Below, in pieces: positions 39,201 through 46,118 of a stretch of 46,118 nt of DNA. The stretch comes from an uncultured Verrucomicrobiota bacterium. GTDB taxonomy: Bacteria > Verrucomicrobiota > Kiritimatiellia > CAIQIC01 > JAGNIJ01. The stretch's first letter is position 1. Each line of letters starts with the position of its first letter. A model generated the notes under the pieces. The model ran no database searches. It was not told the origin of the DNA and saw only the letters and a list, made by a program, of their open reading frames with translations. The stretch is from assembly GCA_964617565.1 (NCBI GenBank), contig CAZTYH010000018.1:1-46118 (forward strand). Reading direction: 5' to 3'. Both the position numbers and the translations under genes were made by a program.

Positions 39201-42200
39201 CGGCCAGCGTGTAGGCGCCCACGTTCGTCACGCCGTTCACAACCTCGTAGGAACGGACTCGATAGAACCACGTTCCGCCTTCGGTGGTCGGATGATGCGA
39301 GAACTGCATCAGCAGGTTGGTTGTGTAAAACGCGGTCGGATAACGGAAATCACCGTTGTCCGCTTCGAGGACCTGGTATCCTGTCACATTGGACGCGGCC
39401 AACCACGCGATCGTGAACTGTCCTTCCGCCGTGGGATAGCTGGCCGCCAGACCGGTTGGCGGCTCCGGCGCCTGCCACGGCGTGCCGCCCGCAAGATTGA
39501 GGTCGTCGAAGTATATCTCGCCGCCTTCGTCCGCCTGATTCGGAAACGGCAGGACGTGCACGACGGATACGTTGGTCGCGCCCTGTATCTCCGAGAAGTC
39601 CCACACGAGCTTCTCCCATTCGCCTTCGCCGGTGTAGGTTTGAACGCCGACATCCGCGTCGTCGAACTTCAGCAGGATAGGAATCCGGAACTCCGTCGGG
39701 CTCATGACCCATAGCTCAAGAAGATAGTTCCCATCCATGGCAAAGTCCGGATAGTTCCCGATGCGGCCAACAGGTGCGGTTTCTTCATCGTGGACGGGAA
39801 GGTATTGAATGCCTGAGTAATCCTTCAGCTTATTGGTCCAGACGAGCCTCAGGGAATGCTGACCGATATTCAGGCGGTTTCCGTTCGCGGGGCGTGTTAC
39901 GGGTATAATTTCTTTTCCGTATATATCCGCCGCGTACCAACCGAAGGCATCGGACTCGAACGCATCGAGCGGCGCGCTGTTGACGGCGCGCTGGAGCTGG
40001 ACATCGTCCATCCAGAACGTGCCGGAGTTGGTGCCGTCCCCCGGCGCCACCATGAAGATGATCTGTGAAACGGCGGTCAGATCAATGCTGTCCGCGCCGT
40101 ACGTGCGGCTTAAATCGAACGCCAGGTTTTCCCAATCGGCTTCCGGCGTCCTTGTTTCCGGCATAATTCCCGCCCAACCGGATTCGAAGAATCCGCCCGC
40201 GTTGTCCTCCAAGCGGATCAGGAACTTCAGCGGACTGCCGTCATTGTAAACCCAGAAGCTCAGGTAATCGTGATTCCTGAAGTTGAACAGGCCCGCAGCG
40301 GACATGAAGCTGAAGACATTGACATCGTTGTTCTTGTCGTAATCCACCTTCAGCGCCACGACCCCGGAATGCACATGCTGGGTACTGCCGAAATCGAGCG
40401 TGTAGGCAAATGGCGGCACCGGATCGTTTGCCCACCAGAACGAAACCTGTTCCTGTTCGTTTATGCCCCCATCAAATGTCTCCAGGTTTTCATATGCGAG
40501 TTGCGCAGCAGGCTGGTACTCGACCGTCACCGGTATGATCGCGGCATAACTGCTCTTGTTGGTTCCGACCACGGAACGCGCCCGATAGTAGTACGTGCCG
40601 GCTTCTGCAATCGGATCTTTGGTCACGGCCACGCGCGTCCCGTTGGTTCGCAGGACGGTAACGGAGCCGAAATTCTGATCTGCAGATTCTTCCACCTCAT
40701 ACTCATCCGCCCCAACGTCATCCCATCTGAAGTGGTAATGCCCGTCGCCGTCCGGGTTCTTCGCCGTTGTCCGGAAACGGCCCGGCGCGATCGGAATCGG
40801 GGCCGCGCGGCCGCCAAAGAGGTTCATGTCGTCCAGATACATCACGCCGCCGTCATCGGCCATGTTGGGATACGGGATGACGAATACCTGGGCCACGTTC
40901 GTCGCGCCGGACACATTCGAGTAATCCCAGACCAAACGCTGCCATTCGCCGGTGCCGCGATATGAAAGGACGCCGACATCCGCGTCGTCGAACTTCAACA
41001 GGATGGGCATGTTGGTTTCAGTCGGGCTGCTCACCCACAATTCGAGCAGATGGTTGTCATACAACGTGAAATCCTGATAGTTGCCGATACGCCCGGCCGG
41101 CGCATTGTCGCCATCATGACCTGGTTCATAGGTGAAGTTGTCGTAGCCCTGAGCCTTGGCGTCCCATGTCACCTTCAGCGAAGACTGCCCGAGCCCGAAC
41201 GGCAGCCCGTCGTTATGGAAGACCTCGTTGGTCAGGCTCAGGTTGGTGAAGGCGCCGCCGCCGGCCCATCCATACAAGTCCGACTCGAACGGCTCCAGCG
41301 GCGCGCTGTTCGGCGCGCGCCGCAGGACGATGTCGTCCACCCAGAACTCGCCGCTCGCGGTTTCGCTGCCGGGCTCGACCATGAACATGATCTGCCCGAT
41401 CTGTGTCATATCAATCTCGCCGTTCGCGTGGCCGAAGAACGAGCGCGTCAGGTCAATGCAGATGTTTTCCCAGTCGGCATTGGTCGTTACCGTTCGGGGG
41501 AAGATGTCCGCCCAATCCGTTTCCCATGCCTTGTTGTAGTCGCCGAACTGCTCAAAGCGCACCTTGATGCGCAGCGGCGTGCCGGTGTTGTAGACCCAGA
41601 AGGAGAGGTAGTCGAACGAGTGAAGATTGAAGAGCCCGGAGGCCGACATGAAGCTATACGCGTTCGTGAAAACCTCTCCCAGTTCGTTGGTCCGAACCTC
41701 GTTTGCCTTGTCGTACACCACCTTCATCGCGTAGTCGCCGGAGAACACGTGTTCCTGATTCCGGAAGTCCTGCTGATAGACCCATGGATCGGCCGGGTCG
41801 CTGCCCCACCAGGCGCTGATCGCGCCGCCGAACTCGAAATCGGCGAGGACCTCCACTTGCTCGACCGGCGGCGGCACGACCTGCGCCTTGATTGAAGCCG
41901 TGAAGCTTCCATATCCCGCGGCTGTCGAGGAACGCACGCGATAGAAGAAGGTGCCCTTCTCAACAAGCGGATTCTTTGCAAACGCAAAGAAAGGCGTGTT
42001 CGTGAACAGGCTGACCGGACTCCCGAAGTTGGGATCCGTATCTTCCTGCAGTTCGTACATGACAGCGCCAGGCACAGCGCTCCACGTTACCTCATACATT
42101 CCATCGTCATCCGGCTCCGCTGCGGTAGATGCAAGATTGAGCGGCGCGTATGGCACTTCCGGAATGGAGCCGCCGACGAGATTCAAATCGTCCAGATACA

Positions 42201-44604
42201 TCACACCGCCGTCGTCCGCCATGTTCGGATACGGAATAATGTAGAGCTTGGTGACGTTCTCGCGCCCCGGCACGGCGTCCATTTCCCATCGAACATTCTG
42301 CCACTCGCCCGCGCCGGTGTAGGTCTGCACCCCGACATCTGCCTCGTCGAACTTCAGCAGGATCGGGATGCTCGCGTCCGTCGGACTCTTGATGCGCATC
42401 TCGATCGTGTTGTTATCGTACAGCGCGAAGTTGGTGTAGTTGCCTATGCGGCCGGGCGGCGCGCTGTTCGTGTCGTGCGCCGGCTCGTAGGTGATATTCG
42501 AGAAGTTCTTCTCTTTCGGGCCCCACTCGATTATCAGCGAGCTTTGACCGAGCCCGAAAACACTGCCGTCGTTGAAGAATTCTTCGGTGGTGTTGGTGAT
42601 CGAAAACGGGGCGCCGGATGCCCAGCCGTAGAAATCTGATTCGAACACATCCAGCGGCGCGCTGTTGACCGAGCGGTGCAGCGCGATGTCGTCCATCCAG
42701 AACTCGCCCGTCGCGGTCTCGCTGCCCGGCTCGATCATGAACATGATTTGGCCGACTTGTGTTAGATCAATGTCGCCGACCGAATGACCGTAGAACGCGC
42801 GGGTCAGATCAATCGTAATGTTTTCCCAATCGGCGGCGCCGGTTTCCATGCGGGGAAAGATCGCCGCCCAGTCTGTTTCCCATGCCTTTTCAAAGTTCCC
42901 GAGTTGCTCCAACCGAACCTTGATCCGCAGCGGCGAGCCGTTGTTGTAAACCCAGAACGAAAGGTAATCGAAGTTCAGGAAGTTGTAGTGGCCGCTCGCG
43001 GAGAAGAAGCTGTAGGCATTGGTTGCGCCGCTCGGTGTCTGCTCGTTTGCCTTGTTGTAGACCACGTGCATGGAATGCTGACCCGAAAGCACGTGCTCCG
43101 TGCTCTTGAAATTCTGCTGGTAAACCCATGGGTCGTCCGGGTCGCTGCCCCACCAGGCGAGCACCTGGCCGGGCGAGTCGAAATCGGCAATCACATCGCG
43201 CGCGCGCGCCGCTTCGGGGAACTGGTGAACGCGAACGCGAAGCGGGGCCGTGAAAGTGCCCGCGACGTTGCTCACCATGGAGGCCACGCGATAATAGTAG
43301 GTCCCACCGGAGGCCGCGGGATCCATGGAGATATTCATGGACGTTCCCGTCGTGGAGATGCGGGTGTAATTGGTGAAATTGACGCTTGTATCCCAGTCGA
43401 AAACGTAATTCGTGGCACCGGCGACCTTGGTCCACTGGATGGTGAACTGGCCGTCTTCATCCGGTGTTCCGGCGTTAGACCAGAAGCTCGTGGGAGCCAG
43501 AGGGAGCACCGTACCTGTGCCGCCGGATAATGCGATATTGTCTATGTACATCGTCCCGCCGTTGTCGGCCATATTCGGATAAGGAAAGAGCCATACCGTT
43601 TCGAGCTTGGAAGCGATGGCGGCCTGCGCCGAGAAGTTCCACGACAACTTCTGCCAAGTCCCTGCCCCCGTGTAGTTCACCGTGTTCACATCCGACGTAC
43701 CGGCGCTGCCTGTGAATTTCAACAGGATGGGGAAGTTATTGTCCGTCGTACTTTTGACCCACACATCAAACGTGTTGTTTCCATACGTCGTAAAATTTGT
43801 GTAGCGACCGACCCGATGCAGCGGGGCGTTGGTGTCATGCTGGGGCGTGTACGTGAAGTTGTCATAGTTGGCGCTCTTGTTCGTCCACGTGATCCGGAGT
43901 GATTGTTGACCGAGATCCGTCGGACTGCCGCTGTTCTGGAAATGCTGAACCGAAAGCCCCATGTTCGTGAACACGCCGCCACCCGACCATCCGTAGAAGT
44001 CACTCTCAAAGGGTTCCAGAGGCGCACCGTTCGGCGCACGCGTGAGCGCGATATCATCCAGCCAGAAGCTTCCACGATTGGTGACATCGCCGGGCGAGAC
44101 CATGAACATGATGTTACGGATCGCTTTCCAATTCACGCTCGTGGCGGAGAATCCACGCGTGAGATCCACGACGAGGTTTTCCCAGTCGGCGCCGGGCGTC
44201 TTCATCGCAGGCCAGATGTCCGCCCAATCGGTCTCCCACGGATTACCGGCATCGTCTTCCAGGCGGACCTTGACGTGAAGCGGAGTTCCCGTGTTGTACA
44301 CCCAGAAAGAAAGGTAGTCGAAGTTACTGAAATTGAATTGTCCGCTTGCAGACAGAAAGCTGAATGGACTTTCCGAGTCGTTCCGCTTTTCGAAATCAAT
44401 CTTCAGGGAGAACTCGCCAGAGTGAACGTGTTGAGTATTCGCAAAGCCGAGGGTATAGACAAAAGGAGGAACGGAATCAGCCCCCCACCATGCCGCGACG
44501 AGGGATGAACCATCGAAGTTTTCGATGATCTCCTCCGAGCCGTAAGCCGGACTGACAATCAGGACAACCGCGACGAAAGCGAGGACAACAGAGAGCGCTC
44601 TCAT
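36205..44604 (-). CDS. Giant (2799 aa) secreted multidomain protein: four tandem repeats of about 445 aa (two CBM-like sandwiches plus one FN3-like domain each), an uncharacterised core, two CBM6-like modules, a cadherin-like domain, TSP3-like repeats and a conserved C-terminal tail
   Basis: Signal peptide MRALSVVLAFVAVVLIVSPAYG. The repeat blocks FDYLSFWVYN, ADWEN, FWxDDI, PILLKF and PYPNMADxGG recur four times. The core carries IGNLDGSSAEF. The CBM6-like pair are ...GGWNDFDMLP...GWHTIRIVV...MDMDEFKLV and ...HSWDSFTNSQ...GSHTFAFRC...LDLDEFELY. NRAPQFF...ILAFDPDGDDITIS is cadherin-like. DWDGDGLPDVWEW...DDDPDGDGAPNWFEY is TSP3-like. Ends in IRYYRVKAGTP. Confidence 0.85.
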   Translation of the reverse strand: MRALSVVLAFVAVVLIVSPAYGSEEIIENFDGSSLVAAWWGADSVPPFVYTLGFANTQHVHSGEFSLKIDFEKRNDSESPFSFLSASGQFNFSNFDYLSFWVYNTGTPLHVKVRLEDDAGNPWETDWADIWPAMKTPGADWENLVVDLTRGFSATSVNWKAIRNIMFMVSPGDVTNRGSFWLDDIALTRAPNGAPLEPFESDFYGWSGGGVFTNMGLSVQHFQNSGSPTDLGQQSLRITWTNKSANYDNFTYTPQHDTNAPLHRVGRYTNFTTYGNNTFDVWVKSTTDNNFPILLKFTGSAGTSDVNTVNYTGAGTWQKLSWNFSAQAAIASKLETVWLFPYPNMADNGGTMYIDNIALSGGTGTVLPLAPTSFWSNAGTPDEDGQFTIQWTKVAGATNYVFDWDTSVNFTNYTRISTTGTSMNISMDPAASGGTYYYRVASMVSNVAGTFTAPLRVRVHQFPEAARARDVIADFDSPGQVLAWWGSDPDDPWVYQQNFKSTEHVLSGQHSMHVVYNKANEQTPSGATNAYSFFSASGHYNFLNFDYLSFWVYNNGSPLRIKVRLEQLGNFEKAWETDWAAIFPRMETGAADWENITIDLTRAFYGHSVGDIDLTQVGQIMFMIEPGSETATGEFWMDDIALHRSVNSAPLDVFESDFYGWASGAPFSITNTTEEFFNDGSVFGLGQSSLIIEWGPKEKNFSNITYEPAHDTNSAPPGRIGNYTNFALYDNNTIEMRIKSPTDASIPILLKFDEADVGVQTYTGAGEWQNVRWEMDAVPGRENVTKLYIIPYPNMADDGGVMYLDDLNLVGGSIPEVPYAPLNLASTAAEPDDDGMYEVTWSAVPGAVMYELQEDTDPNFGSPVSLFTNTPFFAFAKNPLVEKGTFFYRVRSSTAAGYGSFTASIKAQVVPPPVEQVEVLADFEFGGAISAWWGSDPADPWVYQQDFRNQEHVFSGDYAMKVVYDKANEVRTNELGEVFTNAYSFMSASGLFNLHSFDYLSFWVYNTGTPLRIKVRFEQFGDYNKAWETDWADIFPRTVTTNADWENICIDLTRSFFGHANGEIDMTQIGQIMFMVEPGSETASGEFWVDDIVLRRAPNSAPLEPFESDLYGWAGGGAFTNLSLTNEVFHNDGLPFGLGQSSLKVTWDAKAQGYDNFTYEPGHDGDNAPAGRIGNYQDFTLYDNHLLELWVSSPTETNMPILLKFDDADVGVLSYRGTGEWQRLVWDYSNVSGATNVAQVFVIPYPNMADDGGVMYLDDMNLFGGRAAPIPIAPGRFRTTAKNPDGDGHYHFRWDDVGADEYEVEESADQNFGSVTVLRTNGTRVAVTKDPIAEAGTYYYRARSVVGTNKSSYAAIIPVTVEYQPAAQLAYENLETFDGGINEQEQVSFWWANDPVPPFAYTLDFGSTQHVHSGVVALKVDYDKNNDVNVFSFMSAAGLFNFRNHDYLSFWVYNDGSPLKFLIRLEDNAGGFFESGWAGIMPETRTPEADWENLAFDLSRTYGADSIDLTAVSQIIFMVAPGDGTNSGTFWMDDVQLQRAVNSAPLDAFESDAFGWYAADIYGKEIIPVTRPANGNRLNIGQHSLRLVWTNKLKDYSGIQYLPVHDEETAPVGRIGNYPDFAMDGNYLLELWVMSPTEFRIPILLKFDDADVGVQTYTGEGEWEKLVWDFSEIQGATNVSVVHVLPFPNQADEGGEIYFDDLNLAGGTPWQAPEPPTGLAASYPTAEGQFTIAWLAASNVTGYQVLEADNGDFRYPTAFYTTNLLMQFSHHPTTEGGTWFYRVRSYEVVNGVTNVGAYTLAVSVYVPSLSSQQGWIEERSYDTLCAEMDNINVPLWHTNTSAFRVTVTHPAYYPSSINERGHDFDDCDFADRTIWKIGNLDGSSAEFKQSGYGEGDVHYTLDHPPAGIDEPWSEFPAELDTSVMSNQYIVFTAFEPEDVNLVHLIGSRLMVAMREVTGTLDLRVSIGNGTDWLVLTNQVEWRDGRWQPTSNHVFNAQNLVRHWQTPDFFWSEETDMSTIRLEVVPSEQGGETTPGAHADYDALQLTKRDEAGEMAPKELIDVPWWHVGPSFATLYEDGNVIVEAIHIDFWWRAPAAMTVITPQGSATDVHYFRIVKRVPDTNTMEYSQVFVMYEDGNVRLLPHPPKGVDWTPFGASVIVGPTVESDRPFAAIDTVTVNPKDLSMDIVYKNGGSCRMDLWVDREQNVVDVTDIRYDTTTNSFTRFRSMWVFDGKADIDRVETADGVFPIQRHWNELHGTWWKFFKEVTTYHNTYCPEFAFEITDPIKAFLVRQAETLDEGIGYTKVIRTGGRGNEAISFGLDGGEATFHVYLDRGRPDTHMIIRYADDDGGNNGDYPGNLVQVYIDDELIGQAYGMNTGGWNDFDMLPNIPLGDLLPGWHTIRIVVGPGTFGMDMDEFKLVSHPKKYWVRESILVRQGEDYDSASNIVDAVRSGAVGGQSIHMEQTNSTAYYQVTLSAPATQVYMRVRYSDDVGPTMLKIYMDETLKARFPTLSTHSWDSFTNSQEIYIGNLTAGSHTFAFRCSEETWGLDLDEFELYTKRQQNRAPQFFMEPQYDVPIESITDIRILAFDPDGDDITISAVTIPPSSGFNGRYLTVTTTVADAGTSNMAAFTCDDGQGTTNSTASGSTWIIVPTDWDGDGLPDVWEWMNFQALEYGADDDPDGDGAPNWFEYQASTSPTNSESALMTTAASPKPAEGDAYLVTVKTEPGRKYTLWITDGMLGPTTTWRTFNDTSNGVGTWVETNVVSAKYTFVDDFSAGTSGGKPQDGIRYYRVKAGTP
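39166..44535 (-). repeat. Intragenic tandem array: four diverged coding repeats of about 1.33 kb (approx. 43195..44535, 41851..43194, 40489..41850, 39166..40488)
   Basis: Boundaries come from my residue count of the protein (aa 24-470, 471-918, 919-1372, 1373-1813). The repeats are diverged at both the DNA and protein level, so the duplication is not recent. Confidence 0.8.
44591..44602. promoter_or_regulatory. Perfect 12-bp palindrome GAGAGCGCTCTC overlapping the start codon of giant gene 2
   Basis: Read directly. Plus-strand 44590..44606, AGAGAGCGCTCTCATAA, is identical to 34287..34303. Confidence 0.35.
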
Positions 44605-44646
44605 AATCGGACCCTTTCATACAACTTGCCGATCGGACTCAATAGT

Positions 44647-44743
44647 ATCAGAGGTGTGTGCCGAATGCAGTGCTGAACGGTGAATACCTGAGAGAGAGAG
44701 GGGTATATGCACCAAGCTCGTCTCCGACACACACCTCTATGAT
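44647..44743 (-). other. 97-nt imperfect hairpin in the 5' leader or promoter region of giant gene 2 (candidate structured leader or ncRNA)
   Basis: The outer stem ATCAGAGGTGTGTG (44647-44660) pairs with CACACACCTCT-A-TGAT (44728-44743). In RNA it is extendable by G-U pairs. The inner hairpin pairs GGTGAATACC with GGTATATGCACC. The apical loop is a (GA)6 tract, CU-rich on the minus-strand transcript. Confidence 0.35.
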
Positions 44744-44990
44744 CTTCATAAGGACATAATGCACACGTGAATCCCGTTTGTCAACACGTGAACATAGAAA
44801 AATTCGCAGAATGAATATTTTGTATCATTCGTGAGAATTAAGCTGTGATTCAGGATCTGATTCGGCTTAGCACGGCTAAATTTTATGCTGCTCTTTTCGC
44901 ACAAGGCACTCCCTTGAGGAAATCCGGATCTTTCTATTTCACTAATAATGAGTTGCACGTGTGCATCAGTGTATGTACAGTTCGGGCCTT

Positions 44991-46007
44991 ATGAGCCAGA
45001 GGGTGACAATCAAGGATGTTGCAAGAAGCGCAGGCGTCACGCACACGACTGTTTCAAGAGTGATTCACAACGACTCGCGCATCAGCGAAGGCACACGGCA
45101 GCGAGTCCTTACCGCGATGAAAAGCCTGGACTATCAACCCAACCTCATCGCGCGAGGACTCATCAACAACCGGACCCAGGCGGTCGCGATGATAACGCCG
45201 GACCTCGACACCTTCGCCCTGCCGGTTGTCAAATCCGTTGCCGAATCCTGCGCCACCCGGCAATACGCGCTACTTCTTTATTCCGCCAACACGTGGCGCC
45301 GGGAAAATCTTTCGTTCGAATGGATCGCCCGGAATTGGCTTGTGGACGGCACGCTGATCTACAACCTGATCTACCACGACCGTGTGCCGCCCGAAATTAT
45401 TGACCTCCGCAACCGCCGCCTCCCCTTCGTGTTCATCAACAAGTTCATCAACGAACCCGACTTGAACGCCGTGGGCACAGACAATCATCACGCCGTGAAA
45501 CTCGTGTTGGACCATCTGCTGGCAACGGGCCGCAAGCGCATCGGCTGGCTCAACGGCGATACGACTTCCGTTGACGGCATGGAACGTTTCCTCGCGTTTC
45601 GCACGGAGATCGAGCGGGCCGGACTGCACTATGACGCGCGCTTCACCGGCTGCGGCCTGTGGCGTGACACCGACGCCTTCAACGAGACAATGCGCATCTG
45701 CAGCGGAGATGAAAAGCCCGACGCGATTTTTTGCGCCAACGATCTCATGGCCATCGGTGCCATCAAGGCCATTCATCAGCTCGGGATGAAAGTGCCGGAC
45801 GATATCGCCGTAGCGGGCATTGACGATAACGAGATCAGTCGGCTCCTTGAGCCTCAATTGACCACAGTGAAAATGCCGCTCGAGGAAGTGGGATCCGCCG
45901 CAACGGATCTGCTCATGAAAGTCATCCAGGAACCGGACCGCCCACCCGAGCAAATAGCCCTCCAAAGCAAGCTCATCGTCCGCGCCTCGACCAAAAACCC
46001 CCGATAG
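44991..46007 (+). CDS. LacI/GalR-family transcriptional regulator
   Basis: [57 protein letters not shown] is the canonical HTH and hinge. The sugar-binding domain shows [17 protein letters not shown] and [12 protein letters not shown]. The ORF-track start at 44961 adds 10 residues. Confidence 0.85.
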   Translation: MSQRVTIKDVARSAGVTHTTVSRVIHNDSRISEGTRQRVLTAMKSLDYQPNLIARGLINNRTQAVAMITPDLDTFALPVVKSVAESCATRQYALLLYSANTWRRENLSFEWIARNWLVDGTLIYNLIYHDRVPPEIIDLRNRRLPFVFINKFINEPDLNAVGTDNHHAVKLVLDHLLATGRKRIGWLNGDTTSVDGMERFLAFRTEIERAGLHYDARFTGCGLWRDTDAFNETMRICSGDEKPDAIFCANDLMAIGAIKAIHQLGMKVPDDIAVAGIDDNEISRLLEPQLTTVKMPLEEVGSAATDLLMKVIQEPDRPPEQIALQSKLIVRASTKNPR

Positions 46008-46077
46008 AAATATCAACTTTTTCTCTTGAAGTCTGCGCGTCAGCCCATATCCTATGCGCTCACCGACCTTACAAGGC

Positions 46078-46118
46078 GGGGACGTAGCTCAATTGGTTAG
46101 AGTACCAGATTGTCGATC
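46078..46118 (+). tRNA. tRNA-Asp (anticodon GTC), 5' part only; the gene runs off the window
   Basis: Hand fold: acceptor GGGGACG, TA, D-arm GCTC-AATTGGTTA-GAGT, A, anticodon stem CCAGA, and loop TTGTCGA with U33 and GTC at positions 34-36. The window ends at the TC that starts the 3' half of the anticodon stem. Confidence 0.8.

Noticed and set aside
39166-44535. Tandem repeats considered as a CRISPR array or non-coding satellite
   Set aside because: The units are about 1.33 kb, diverged, in frame, and encode folded-domain-like sequence. There is no short direct-repeat/spacer organisation anywhere in the window.
46078-46118. tRNA-Asp as the boundary of an integrated genomic island containing the giant-gene modules
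   Set aside because: No integrase, no transposase and no direct repeat of the tRNA 3' end are visible in the window. The tRNA is truncated by the window edge, so the idea cannot be tested here.

Overview
GC-rich bacterial chromosomal window, about 60% GC by eye. The secreted-protein architectures suggest the PVC superphylum, but that placement is a low-confidence inference. No searches or computations were run: every call rests on my reading of the ORF translations and the DNA.

The left 26 kb is mostly housekeeping:
- a zinc-uptake locus (znuA-znuC-znuB, with znuB open at the window edge) facing a divergent Fur/Zur-family regulator, followed by a NikR-family regulator
- a response regulator with a degenerate sigma-54-type AAA+ domain
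- glgB and a GH94-like glycoside phosphorylase
- three same-strand hypothetical envelope or secreted proteins: a membrane-anchored protein, a beta-propeller repeat protein, and a NIDO-like/DUF11/TSP3 protein
- comM/yifB, a DUF721 (DciA-like) protein, DUF503, maf, gnd, two small secreted proteins, a glycosyltransferase, sppA and a SWIM-SNF2 helicase

The right 19.5 kb is the unusual part. Two adjacent copies of one three-gene module sit side by side. Each has a LacI-family regulator transcribed divergently from a giant signal-peptide protein (2396 aa and 2799 aa). Each giant is built from many CBM-like beta-sandwich modules, an uncharacterised core, TSP3-like Asp-rich repeats and a conserved C-terminal tail. 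A paralogous small (190/194 aa) stand-alone CBM-like secreted protein follows each giant 34/45 bp downstream.

Both giant genes share an identical 17-nt start-codon region containing a perfect 12-bp palindrome. The regulator-giant intergenic regions carry operator-like palindromes and a 97-nt structured element. A partial tRNA-Asp(GTC) runs off the right edge. I saw no CRISPR array, transposase or integrase.
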